From sequence record DRR378314_251: DNA of 64,000 nt; one strand, given 5' to 3'. Both the position numbers and the translations under genes were made by a program. Position 1 is the first letter of the stretch; each line of letters opens with the position of its first letter. The notes beneath the pieces were generated by a model. That model saw only the letters and a program-made list of their open reading frames with translations. It ran no database searches and was not told the DNA's origin. Positions 8,803-18,560 of the stretch are shown here, in pieces.

Positions 8803-11800
8803 TCAGATCCATGGCGCCATTGTCGAATATGCCCTCGGTGTATGAAACAATTGCTTGCCGAGACGGTCCCGGGTTTTTTTCAATTCCGCCTCGACGTCAT
8901 CGGCGCCCAGCCCCCAGAGAAGCCATCTGTGGCGGTTCGCTTCCGTCAGGTCCGGCCGTTCGAGTTTGAACCATTCATGCAGCCGGTCATCAACGAGGCC
9001 GCTAACGCGGGAATGGTGGGCATAGGCTTCGCAAGGATCCGCAACCGACCAAAACGCACGGAAATGCGCCTTGCACACCCTATTTTGTTGATAAGTCTCA
9101 AAGCTTTTCCGGAATACATCGGAGAGCCATTTCGCCGCCGGTGGCCGCTCGGCAAATTCCGCCCAAAGATTATCGGCGTGAATTGTCTCATCAGCAAATC
9201 CAAGCAGCGTGTAGGCTTTGGCCAGATCAGCGGGATGTTGCCCCTGCTCCAGATCCGTGATCTTCGAAAACAGCCAATCGAGGCATTCATATCTATGCGC
9301 CCAGTTTGAGATCGTCAGCAATTCACTGTCGCTGATTGCCTTCTCCAGCATGGCATCAAGCCGGCTGAACTCGCCTGTGGCTTTGGCCAGTTGAACCAAA
9401 TAGCGTTTCATTCCGGCGCGCGAGAAAATGCGCGAATGGCGTTCATCCGTAATGGCATCATAAACGCGATAAGCCAGTCCGGTATTATGTTCGATCAGGA
9501 CGGCCAGAATATCCACGAAGGGAAAATCGTCAGTCAATCCATTGCCAGGACTGCGGTCGGCGCGGATCAGGAATTCCGAAAACCAGTTTTCGAACCGGCC
9601 TGGATTGCTTTCGTAGAGCGCTGCAACGGCCTGCTTGTGGCTGAACCAATATGTCGGAATATGCCAGCTCGTCGCTGTCTCCGCGCGTTCAAGCTCGGAC
9701 TTCAAAAAACTTTCAAACCGCTCCAGCGCTTCTGGGTCATCCGGCCGTTTCTTCAAGATGAGCGCGGCCGACTCCGGATGGAGCGTGTCCATGATTTCAC
9801 GGGGTGGATCATGATCATGAAGCTCCAATAAGGCGCGGCTTCTCCGAAAATCCCGGGCGCGGTCTGGTTTGTCTTCCTGCGTAGGCGGCGCATTGTCTGT
9901 GCCTTCAGCAAACCTGACCAGCGCCCGTTTGTCGCCCAGATCACTTGCCATGGCGATGGCTTCATGCCGAACGCTGTCTTCGAAATTCGGGCCGACCAGC
10001 TTTTCCAGAAAGTCAGGGGGATCGACGCAGATCGAGCGGTCCGCATGATTGCGAAGATAATTCAGCCAACTCACCAATTGCGCCGGTGTAGCGATAGACG
10101 TGTCGATCCCTTCAAGGGCGTCTATTGGAACTGGCTTGAAGAGCGCATTCCATCCTCTGCTCCACTCTCCTGCAGGCCCGGTCAACATCAACCTGCATTG
10201 ATCGCCAGCATCAGCGTCCATCAACGCATATACGAGGCAGGCAAAGACTGCGTCTCCATTTTTATTGGCCGGATCTTCAAGCGCGCTGTCGATGACACCC
10301 ACAGCTTTTGCGCGCCCTTCCGGTGACATCAGTGGCGCAAGCTTGCGGACATGGTCAACCAGCAAGGCGACGTCCGCCTCCCGGTCGGCCGATAGGTTTG
10401 ATACAAAATTGTCGAGCGCTTTTCGCAGAGCGAGTGGAGACAGCTTCCCGAAGCGCGGTGCCTCGAGCATTGATCGTAAAGTCGATTTTGAAGCGCCTTC
10501 CGGGCCGGGCAGCTGTTTTAAGTCCGCTGCAGCGGGTTTCTCAAATACGACCGCGTCAGATGCCCGGGCGCAATTGCAGATTGCTTCATCCAACCAGTCT
10601 GACGCCTTCAAGCCTATGGCTGTTCCCGTATTCCGCAGCCGGCAGGTCACAGCGGCCAGAGCTTTTTCAGCTTCGTCTGCGTCCTGAGTATTCACACGCA
10701 GAACCCAGGCGATTTCGTTGAAATGCCGGGGACTATCCATGACCGCCCGGCCTATTGCCCAGACGGCAAAGATATCTGCACATGGCGCGCGATCCATATA
10801 GGAGAGGACGGCGATTGCCCTTGCACTCAACCAGCTCAGATGGCGTTCCTCGGACAGCTGGATTGTGGGCCATTCCGCGGCATGGGACGTATCATTCCAG
10901 GCCTGAAGGGATGAACGCGTTGAACTGGCCCGCTTCTTTGAGTCTTCGGTGGAAAGGTCCAGCTTTTCAAGGAACTCACCGTCCCGAGGATCAAGCCAGA
11001 TTGTTCCGAGCCAAATTCGAAGCGCAGCATCGAGGTGCGACCTGAAGCAATCAAACTCCGACGCATTCGACAGGGATTTGATCAGCACTTCGTCAGTAAC
11101 GGTGCCGCCCCGTTGTTTCCGCCAATAGCGCTCTGCCAACATTGTGAACCGTTGAGGCGCTAGGCCCGCAAGCCGCCAAAAAGCTTCGAAATCGATATCC
11201 TGGAAATTCTGTTCGTCTATCCAGGCTCCCATAACGGTTTCGCACGCAACATCATGCTCAGCTGCTTCCAGCAAGAGAATTGTCGTCGCCGCCCGCAAAA
11301 TTGCGGTGCCAAGACTATGAGCTTTCAGCGGATCAAGGAATCCTGCGAGATGCGCCCGTGCAGCTTCTGAAGTGTCCTGCTGACGCATCGTATCTGCCAG
11401 CGCGGCGCCCAGCACAAAGGCGATCCGGCTTTTGGAAACTCTGAACACATTCGCCTTGTCGCCTGGTATCAGCCATGCCCCCGATGCCAGCGCCTCGATG
11501 GCCGGCCCCAACTCTACGCCGGTTTTTCCGCTGTTCTTGCCGAGTGCCTCGAGAACGTCCTTCCGGCTCACCTCTTCAGCGTAAGATTCGCGAAGCCGGT
11601 TCCCGAGTTCCGACACAAAGTCCCGCATTTCCGGGTCAGTTAAGCCGATCCTGGAACCACGATGACTCAGCCGGTCCTTCCAGTCTTCGTAGATCAATCG
11701 CTCCGCCGTGACATCACCGCTCTCACCGAGTTTCTCCCTATGCTTGATGACAAGCACGGAGAGACGGGGCACGCGCATCAGGTCCAGGACCGGGCGCGCA

Positions 11801-13050
11801 ATTTCGGCCCGCTCCAGGCCATTTTTTTCCAGGAAAGCATCCAGCTCGGCATCATTGAATGGGCCCATCCTGATTTCGCGGGGCGCAGGGGCGAGCGGTG
11901 CCAGTTTCGCGAGACTGCCTGTCCACCAGTGCGGCCAGCATGTAAGAAGGATGCGGTACATCGATGCACACCGATCCTCAAAGAGCGGTTGGAGCCATTC
12001 CGCCCAATCCCGAAATTTGAAGTTCTCGTTCAAGCCATCGAGGATGATGGCAATGCGAACACCGCCCGCCCGCTCCCACAGGCGAAGGCGCTTTTGCCAG
12101 AAAGCTTCCGATTGAACATCTGTTTGTTCGAACAAGGCTTCAGCAAGCGCTTCGCGAATGCCTTGACTGCCCATTTTCGACGCCTTCAAAAATACGATCA
12201 GGGGCGCTGCGTCCATTGCATCGAGCTGGTCATTGACCCAGTCCATCGCTGCCCAGGTTTTCCCAACACCTTCATCACCCAGCAGGACGGCTGAACCTCT
12301 GCCGGACGCGTACCAGTCATTGATGGCTGCGGTAATGTCCGTACGCTTGACAAGGCTATTATCAGCACCAGGATTGACCCTCCCGCCCAAACGGGATTGA
12401 GCATTCGCAATGGATTGTTGGGCTTCCCGGAGCCAATATCGGCTCTTGCGTTTTGCTGCGTCATACCCGACATCGGCGCGCGTGAGACGATGCACAATTT
12501 GCCCCGCGAGGACTTCAAACGATGGATGCGCCGAGATGTAATTCAGTGCCGCTTCTGTCTTCTCGTCCTCCCCGAGCAGTGGCGTCAGGCGGTTTGCGCC
12601 CAGCGCGCAAAAGCCGCATAGTTCACTGAGGCCGTCCACAGAAGCTGAGGAATCAAGTACGACCACTCCCATTCCCAAAGACGCTGCGTGTTCATGGAGC
12701 GCATCTCGTGTCGATGCGTCGATCGATTTCGTGGTCGCAAGAATCCATAGATCTGGCGGCGACGCCAAACGCTCCGCTTCGGTAATCTTCTGCAGAAGTT
12801 CGTCGCGGGCCAGGCCTGTTCGCTCTTTGTAGCGCTTTGCCTCCATTGCGAGACGAAACGCATTGCACGGGTCATTCCTTGCGTCGCTACCGTCCTGATG
12901 CCCGGATTTGGTAACCGCGAACCGCTGACCCGTTATTTCTGACAATATTGCAGCCACTGCCCCTTCGAACCCCGCAGCGCCAGCTGGCGCCAGGTTCAGA
13001 AGCCTTTTCAGGATATGATCCTGCGCGTCAGAAAGGTTCGTGAATTCCAT
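8803..13050 (-). CDS. Large restriction-endonuclease-like / STAND (NACHT-like) NTPase fusion, probable defence protein
   Basis: N-terminal GFEG...SGHQDGSD...AMEAKRY (Mrr-like PD-(D/E)xK), Walker A GDEGVGKT, Walker B IAIILDGLNE, long helical C-terminus. Confidence 0.75.
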   Translation of the reverse strand: MEFTNLSDAQDHILKRLLNLAPAGAAGFEGAVAAILSEITGQRFAVTKSGHQDGSDARNDPCNAFRLAMEAKRYKERTGLARDELLQKITEAERLASPPDLWILATTKSIDASTRDALHEHAASLGMGVVVLDSSASVDGLSELCGFCALGANRLTPLLGEDEKTEAALNYISAHPSFEVLAGQIVHRLTRADVGYDAAKRKSRYWLREAQQSIANAQSRLGGRVNPGADNSLVKRTDITAAINDWYASGRGSAVLLGDEGVGKTWAAMDWVNDQLDAMDAAPLIVFLKASKMGSQGIREALAEALFEQTDVQSEAFWQKRLRLWERAGGVRIAIILDGLNENFKFRDWAEWLQPLFEDRCASMYRILLTCWPHWWTGSLAKLAPLAPAPREIRMGPFNDAELDAFLEKNGLERAEIARPVLDLMRVPRLSVLVIKHREKLGESGDVTAERLIYEDWKDRLSHRGSRIGLTDPEMRDFVSELGNRLRESYAEEVSRKDVLEALGKNSGKTGVELGPAIEALASGAWLIPGDKANVFRVSKSRIAFVLGAALADTMRQQDTSEAARAHLAGFLDPLKAHSLGTAILRAATTILLLEAAEHDVACETVMGAWIDEQNFQDIDFEAFWRLAGLAPQRFTMLAERYWRKQRGGTVTDEVLIKSLSNASEFDCFRSHLDAALRIWLGTIWLDPRDGEFLEKLDLSTEDSKKRASSTRSSLQAWNDTSHAAEWPTIQLSEERHLSWLSARAIAVLSYMDRAPCADIFAVWAIGRAVMDSPRHFNEIAWVLRVNTQDADEAEKALAAVTCRLRNTGTAIGLKASDWLDEAICNCARASDAVVFEKPAAADLKQLPGPEGASKSTLRSMLEAPRFGKLSPLALRKALDNFVSNLSADREADVALLVDHVRKLAPLMSPEGRAKAVGVIDSALEDPANKNGDAVFACLVYALMDADAGDQCRLMLTGPAGEWSRGWNALFKPVPIDALEGIDTSIATPAQLVSWLNYLRNHADRSICVDPPDFLEKLVGPNFEDSVRHEAIAMASDLGDKRALVRFAEGTDNAPPTQEDKPDRARDFRRSRALLELHDHDPPREIMDTLHPESAALILKKRPDDPEALERFESFLKSELERAETATSWHIPTYWFSHKQAVAALYESNPGRFENWFSEFLIRADRSPGNGLTDDFPFVDILAVLIEHNTGLAYRVYDAITDERHSRIFSRAGMKRYLVQLAKATGEFSRLDAMLEKAISDSELLTISNWAHRYECLDWLFSKITDLEQGQHPADLAKAYTLLGFADETIHADNLWAEFAERPPAAKWLSDVFRKSFETYQQNRVCKAHFRAFWSVADPCEAYAHHSRVSGLVDDRLHEWFKLERPDLTEANRHRWLLWGLGADDVEAELKKTRDRLGKQLFHTPRAYSTMAPWI

Positions 13051-13680
13051 CGGACATGCTCAAATGAGATTTGGGGCCCCTGCCTAACCCTATTTGCTGA
13101 AGAAGAACAATTTCAATTTTTGAGGGTTTTGTCCCCGTTCCTTTATGATGTTGCAAGACAAGATCACCTTGCTCCAATCTTCCTGGCCTCTTGCCTCATA
13201 CGGCAGTTGAAGCGCGTGCGCCCAGGCGCACGCGCTGCCTTCCACTCGCTTTTGGGGACCGGACCGCTATGCGTCAGCCAACAGAGCACGTAATGATCAC
13301 GCAGTTCGAGCGAGACGCCATGATCTTGCTCCAAATCTGCTTACCGGGCGACGAACTGGTCAAGCCGATGCAGGGTCCACGTCTCAAGCCTCGCATTCTC
13401 ACGCGGATCTAAAGAATATGCGAAATCTATTCCGATGACAGCCGTCAGGGCCGCGCCATGCCTGTCGGTCTCATCCCTCCGCTTGGCCTGGAGTGAATCG
13501 TCGGCCCCGGTATTGAACCTGTTGCGTTCTGCCCTGTCAGTTCGGGCAAGCATACAGGTCTCGACCAAGGATTCTACCGAACTGACAACATGTCGATCGC
13601 CGGTCCATACATTGGCGACATGAATAGCGAACAGATCACCGTACCAAATCCGCTCTCAACTCATGCCAACCGTTCCGGAA

Positions 13681-14088
13681 CTAGGATGCCAGCACTTTCA
13701 GGATACGGATGGCGAGCCGCAAATTGCTCTGCGAACGGATGCGCCGCACCCAGAAGCCTGCTTCCTCCCTAAGTTTGGCCGCAGGATCTGACCCGCCCTC
13801 TGATGGCGGCTTTGAGTGAAATAATTGCCCGATCTCGACGCTCAGCACCTCGGCGGCCGCGCACATCATGCCGGCGCTGAGGCGATTGGTCCCCGTCTCA
13901 TATTTCTGGAGCTGCTGATGGCTGATACTCATCTCGCTGGCCAGGTCGGCCAGCGTCAGGCCCCGGTCGAGACGCAGTGCACGTATGTTTGCGCCGACGA
14001 GCCGGTCGATGTCATTGGGGGCACGCGCCGTGCGATTTTTTCGGCGCGTGCCGCTAGCCGGTTTTCTGGTGTTTGGAGACTTGGCCAT
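13681..14088 (-). CDS. Xre/Cro-family HTH regulator
   Basis: IDRLVGANIRALRLDRGLTLADLASEMSISHQQLQKYETGTNRLSA. Start placed at ATG 14088. Confidence 0.9.
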   Translation of the reverse strand: MAKSPNTRKPASGTRRKNRTARAPNDIDRLVGANIRALRLDRGLTLADLASEMSISHQQLQKYETGTNRLSAGMMCAAAEVLSVEIGQLFHSKPPSEGGSDPAAKLREEAGFWVRRIRSQSNLRLAIRILKVLAS

Positions 14089-14302
14089 GGTGCATTTTTC
14101 ACTCCCTCTTGACGGGAACAACAAGGATTCCGGTCATTTGGGTCATATAGTGCGTATGATCCGGCCCCCTTCGCAAGACTTGGGCTGTCGCGATGGGGGC
14201 CGGCCTGTGAACCTCCAGACATTCAGCGAATACGCGGCCCTATCTTTACGTTCTTTTGATTTCTTGTTATGGTTGTTTTGCGTTTCTTGAGCGGACCGCA
14301 TC

Positions 14303-15691
14303 ATGACCCACGCGCCAGACCTGCCAGATCCGGATCCTGCAACAGGGCTTGCACACGCCTTGGCTGCAGACCTGTTTGCGCAAGCCCGGACGGCCTTGCA
14401 ATCCGGTGAGCTTGCCACCAGCGCGCGGACACTGCACCGGCTTCTGAAGATTTGCCCTGATCATGTGCCCGCCCGCCGCCTGTTTGGGCATGCCTGCCTG
14501 CGTCTCGGCAAGCCGGACAGGGCCGCAGAGGCCTATCGGCGCGTCCTTGCCCAGCAGCCGCGCTGCGAAGACTCGCGGCTTGGTCTTGGCCATGCCCAGC
14601 TAAAGCTCGGGCAAACCGGTCAGGCGCTGGCAATCTATCGCGACCTTGTCCGGCATCACCCGGATTCCTGGCGCGGATACATGTCCATCGCTGACGCCAC
14701 ACCTGTTGAGGCCGAACGGCTGAACGCTCTGTCGGCCAGTGCAGACCTGCTGACCCGGATCCATGCCGAGGCGCCCTCCCGGCAAATCCTATTCGCCTGC
14801 ATCAATGCCCGGATCAGTCTGCGCGAGGCCGGCAGGGCGCTGGACGAATTGCGCGAGACCGGGGCGGATCTGACAGGCGATCCCGGGCTGTCCAATCTCG
14901 CCTCCCGGGCAGCCTATTTTGCCGGCGATTTTGCATCCGCCTTCCAGTACAAGGTCCGCGCGCTGACCGGACTCAGACCGAAGGAGTGCCCGTCGGCTGA
15001 GGTACGATCCCCCTGCCTGCCACCAAATGCCCTCAACCTGGCCAGACCGCTGATCAAACGGCTGCGGGCAGCCGGCCTGATCCTGGTGCCGCTCGCCGGA
15101 ACGCTGCTTGGCACGATCCGCAATCAGGGCCTGATCGAGACCGACCGGGATATTGATCTGGGCATCCTCCATCCAGAGGGCTGCCATGCCGACATGGTAG
15201 ACATCGTCCGGACCGCTCCGGAATTCTGCCTCAACCGCCATGCACGGCCGGGAGACCGCTACCTCCCCGTAGAGGTCGGGGGCGTCAGTGTGGATCTGTT
15301 TCGTCTGGACAGGGACGATGGTCATTTCTGCTTCGGGTTCAGTGATCGTGTTGGAGACGTCCAGTGGAGACTTCCCGCTTTCACGCCGCTGGAAGAGGAT
15401 GCCCAGGGCCTCGCGCGCCTTGACCGGGCCTCCGCTCAAGCATGCCTGCGCGCCCTTTACGGACCGGGCTGGCGCGTGCCCGATCCCTATTTCAGTTCGG
15501 CCACACAATCTCCTGCCCTGTACGGCACAGACCTCCATGTCCGGGCCTATTATGCGGCGCATCGTGCCCGCAATGCACTCCTGCTCGGACAATCCGCTAA
15601 AGCCTGGCACCTGGTCTGTTCTTCTCCCCTGCCGATCCCGCTCAGCAGGTCGCGGTTCGAGGCCCTGTGGGGACAAGGTTCGAGCGGGTAA
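14303..15691 (+). CDS. TPR-repeat + LicD/fukutin-family nucleotidyltransferase
   Basis: N-terminal TPRs (ARRLFGHACLRLGKPDRAAEAYRRVLAQQP); C-terminal AGTLLGTIRNQGLIETDRDIDLG, VDLF and LYGPGWRVPDP, matching LicD signature motifs. Confidence 0.8.
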   Translation: MTHAPDLPDPDPATGLAHALAADLFAQARTALQSGELATSARTLHRLLKICPDHVPARRLFGHACLRLGKPDRAAEAYRRVLAQQPRCEDSRLGLGHAQLKLGQTGQALAIYRDLVRHHPDSWRGYMSIADATPVEAERLNALSASADLLTRIHAEAPSRQILFACINARISLREAGRALDELRETGADLTGDPGLSNLASRAAYFAGDFASAFQYKVRALTGLRPKECPSAEVRSPCLPPNALNLARPLIKRLRAAGLILVPLAGTLLGTIRNQGLIETDRDIDLGILHPEGCHADMVDIVRTAPEFCLNRHARPGDRYLPVEVGGVSVDLFRLDRDDGHFCFGFSDRVGDVQWRLPAFTPLEEDAQGLARLDRASAQACLRALYGPGWRVPDPYFSSATQSPALYGTDLHVRAYYAAHRARNALLLGQSAKAWHLVCSSPLPIPLSRSRFEALWGQGSSG

Positions 15692-15812
15692 TTTTTATCC
15701 GTGAACGCACGTTCTGAGGCGACGAAATCGGGACTCGACTCCCTTTTTGGTTTAGTGTATTTTCTACTTGCCGTATTGTTGCGGCGCAGGTTGAAACAGA
15801 AAGGATGATACG

Positions 15813-15968
15813 ATGAACAGCCCCACAAAACTCCCACACACACCGGCGCCTGACGGCGAGACCAAAACCCTGACCGATCTCGGGGCGGCGTCGGAAGAAA
15901 CCCGCGGCCGCATCCTGCAGCCCATGGAGTTCGGCGTCTCGTTTACCTCCCGCGATGAAGCCGGCTAA
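15813..15968 (+). CDS. Lasso peptide precursor (A), 51 aa
   Basis: MNSPTKLPHTPAPDGETKTLTDLGAASEETR|GRILQPMEFGVSFTSRDEAG. RBS AAGGA, proteobacterial leader motif LxDLGxASxxTxG, Thr at -2, Gly1 and Glu8; lies directly upstream of the B and C genes. Confidence 0.92.
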   Translation: MNSPTKLPHTPAPDGETKTLTDLGAASEETRGRILQPMEFGVSFTSRDEAG

Positions 15969-15983
15969 GGCCGCTCCGGACGG

Positions 15984-16014
15984 GTCCGGGGGCATCCAAG
16001 CCATGCCCCCGGAC
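15984..16014 (+). promoter_or_regulatory. Perfect inverted repeat between the lasso A and B genes
   Basis: GTCCGGGGGCAT-CCAAGCC-ATGCCCCCGGAC, a 12-bp stem whose 3' arm begins with the likely B start codon. Confidence 0.8.
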
Positions 16015-16731
16015 TGCCTGCCGCCACCGCGCCCTTCCTCCCGATTTGCCTATGGCCTGCGCCCTGACCTGCATGTCTGCCGACTGGACTCCGCCACCAT
16101 CTTTCTCGACATAGAAACAGATCGCTATTTTGCCCTGACCGGCAAACCTGCCGAGACATTCTGGCGGCTCTACACAGCCGAAAATCTCACGCCCGCAGGA
16201 TCGGGCTCCTCCCATGCCGCCTCGCAGGAACTGGCAGGTCTGGACCTGGTTCGACACACGTCCGGGCCCCATGCCTGGCACCGACCTGATTTGCGTCCGC
16301 CTCCCATCGGATCAGCCTATGACGGGAGCCGATTCCAGCATGGCGCTGGCCATCTGAACCGGACTGCCTGCCTCTCTGCCTATCTGGACTGCCTTCGTCT
16401 CCGGCATTGGCATAGCTTCCGGCACGCCATCGCCAGGGCACGGCGCTGGAAGGCCCTTCTGACCTCCCGCGAGAATCTCCTCTACGAAGCCATCGACCAG
16501 TCCCGGGCCCTGCATCGCCTGACCCCCTTCCTGTTTACAAGGCATGATGCGTGCCTGTTCCGCAGCCTCTTCCTTGTCCGATACCTGCATGCGGTCGGCA
16601 TTCCGGCAGATTGGGAATTCGGGGTCCGGTGCGCCCCCTTCTGCGCACATTGCTGGGTCGAATATGACGGCATCGTGCTCAATGATCATCAGGAGACGGT
16701 GCTGGCCTACAAAAAGATCCTCTCAATCTAG
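16003..16731 (+). CDS. Lasso peptide B protein (fused RRE + transglutaminase-like leader peptidase)
   Basis: RRE motif IFLDIETDRYFAL; catalytic C/H/D motifs DACLFRS, FGV..APFCAHCWVE, VLND. Confidence 0.92.
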   Translation: MPPDCLPPPRPSSRFAYGLRPDLHVCRLDSATIFLDIETDRYFALTGKPAETFWRLYTAENLTPAGSGSSHAASQELAGLDLVRHTSGPHAWHRPDLRPPPIGSAYDGSRFQHGAGHLNRTACLSAYLDCLRLRHWHSFRHAIARARRWKALLTSRENLLYEAIDQSRALHRLTPFLFTRHDACLFRSLFLVRYLHAVGIPADWEFGVRCAPFCAHCWVEYDGIVLNDHQETVLAYKKILSI

Positions 16732-16742
16732 GAAGCCTGCCC

Positions 16743-18560
16743 ATGCCGCCCGCCTTTGCCTGTCTCGCCTGGCCACCAGAGGATGCCGAGGCCTGCGCCA
16801 ATGCCGGACGATTGGCGAGCGCCTTGACGCGCGCGGCCGGACCGGGTGCCAACAGCCTGCGCCAAGACGGGCTCTATCTGATCGACCTCTCCCGCGCCCG
16901 CAACGGACAGGGACGGATCCTGACCGTGCGGACACGGACGGGTGAGCAGGCCGGCTTTGTCTATGGCACACTGTTTCGCCGGCAAGCCGGCCGCCAACGC
17001 GCCCTTACCGGGATCCCCGCCGCCACGGCCGAGCGCATCTGCCAGACCCAGGGCCGCCACCTTCTCACAGATTATTGGGGCCATTACGTCCTCTTCCTGC
17101 GAACAGAAAAGGGCGCTGTCTGCATGACCGATCCGGTTGGCGCCTTTCCGTGTTTCTATCGGCGCATGGGCAAAATGGTCTGCCTGTTCTCGCATCTCGA
17201 GGCCTGTCCGCCAGACATCCGGCGCGGTCTCCCCCTGGATATCGACTTCTTGAAGCGGCTCTGCCTCTACGACAAGATCCAGACGGGCGAGACCGGATTT
17301 GCCGGGCTGCGGGAATTGGGCGGCGGGCAGATGCTCGATCTGGACAGGACGGACGCCCGACCGGTCCAGATCTGGGACCCGCGCCGGATTGCCGGAACCC
17401 CGCTTCTCCTCAGCGATGAGGCGGCGGCAGACTGTTTGCGCGAATCCGTTCGCGACTGTGTGACAAGCTGGGCCGGCCATGTCGGCGATGGGGTCATGGA
17501 TCTCTCCGGCGGACTCGATTCCTCCATAGTCGCCGCCTGCCTCGCCTCAGCGCCCGACACAGCCCGGTTCGAGATCATCCATCACCGGGTTCGCTCGGGC
17601 GACGCGACGGAGCTCGCATTTGCGCAGGCTACGGGCGACCACCTCGGACGCCCCGTCACCCCGATCGACATCCTGCCCTCGCGCGACCTTCCAGACCTCG
17701 ACCGGCATCCTGCCTCTGCCCGCCCCTGGCGCCAGTTTCTCGGTCTGGGGTTCCAAAGCCTGCTGCCGGACCGGCTTCGGGATCCGGGCACGGTCTTCTT
17801 CACCGGCCAGGGCGGTGATCACCTTTTCCTGATGACCCGCTCGTCGCTCGGACTGGCCGATTGTCTGAAAACGGGTCCGCGCGCCCGGCTCTGGAAGGAA
17901 TGGCTGAATGCAGCCCGCCTGTCGGATATGTCGGTCTGGCAGGTCCTCGCCACGAATGTACCTTACCTGCTGGGCCGGCCCGGGCGCAGCCTCCTGGCAG
18001 ACGCGCTCCGGAGCCGGGCCGATGCGGCCATCCGCCCGCCCGGTCTGGTACCAGCGGATATGTTGGCAGGCCTGCCCGACTGGACGCTCGATCCGGACGG
18101 CCTGCCGCCGGGAAAGTTCGAACAGGTCAGCGCCCTGCTGCACATGTTCCTCGTACGGGACCCGCTGGCGGGGTTTGGCGGGCGCCATGTGCTGCATCCC
18201 CTGATCTCGCAGCCCCTGATCGAACTCTGCCTGCGCCTGCCCGTCTGGCAATTATGCCTTGGCGGAATCAATCGCGGGCTCGCGCGCGCCGCCTTTGCCG
18301 GCGACCTGCCGGACCGCGTCCGGCTCCGCACGACCAAGGGCGAGGCCACCCAATATTTCATTGAACATCTGTCCGCCAATCATGACCGGATCCGCGACGC
18401 CCTCCAGGACGGCGCAGTGATGAAGGCCGGCCTGCTGACGCCGCGCGTGCTGGACCGCCTCCTAGCCGATCCAGTCCTCGCAGACCTGTCCTCTGCCAGG
18501 ATGCTGCTCCAGCTCTACGGAATGGAAGCCTGGCTGCGCGCCATGACCTCAGCCCACTGA
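16743..18560 (+). CDS. Lasso cyclase C (asparagine synthetase-like)
   Basis: DLSGGLDSSIVA, FFTGQGGDHLF, HPLISQPLIELCL, NRGLARAAF...RTTKG. Confidence 0.93.
   Translation: MPPAFACLAWPPEDAEACANAGRLASALTRAAGPGANSLRQDGLYLIDLSRARNGQGRILTVRTRTGEQAGFVYGTLFRRQAGRQRALTGIPAATAERICQTQGRHLLTDYWGHYVLFLRTEKGAVCMTDPVGAFPCFYRRMGKMVCLFSHLEACPPDIRRGLPLDIDFLKRLCLYDKIQTGETGFAGLRELGGGQMLDLDRTDARPVQIWDPRRIAGTPLLLSDEAAADCLRESVRDCVTSWAGHVGDGVMDLSGGLDSSIVAACLASAPDTARFEIIHHRVRSGDATELAFAQATGDHLGRPVTPIDILPSRDLPDLDRHPASARPWRQFLGLGFQSLLPDRLRDPGTVFFTGQGGDHLFLMTRSSLGLADCLKTGPRARLWKEWLNAARLSDMSVWQVLATNVPYLLGRPGRSLLADALRSRADAAIRPPGLVPADMLAGLPDWTLDPDGLPPGKFEQVSALLHMFLVRDPLAGFGGRHVLHPLISQPLIELCLRLPVWQLCLGGINRGLARAAFAGDLPDRVRLRTTKGEATQYFIEHLSANHDRIRDALQDGAVMKAGLLTPRVLDRLLADPVLADLSSARMLLQLYGMEAWLRAMTSAH

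Noticed and set aside
13170-13620. Minus-strand reading frame with one internal stop (…VIGIDFAYS…)
   Set aside because: May be a gene remnant, but I cannot assign a family.
14161-14203. Strong hairpin CCGGCCCCC...GGGGGCCGG between the Xre and TPR-LicD genes as an ncRNA or riboswitch
   Set aside because: A single GC-rich stem with no recognisable aptamer or U-tract.
15955-16002. ORF-track start of lasso B at 15955
   Set aside because: It overlaps the precursor's last codons; ATG 16003 fits the usual layout better.
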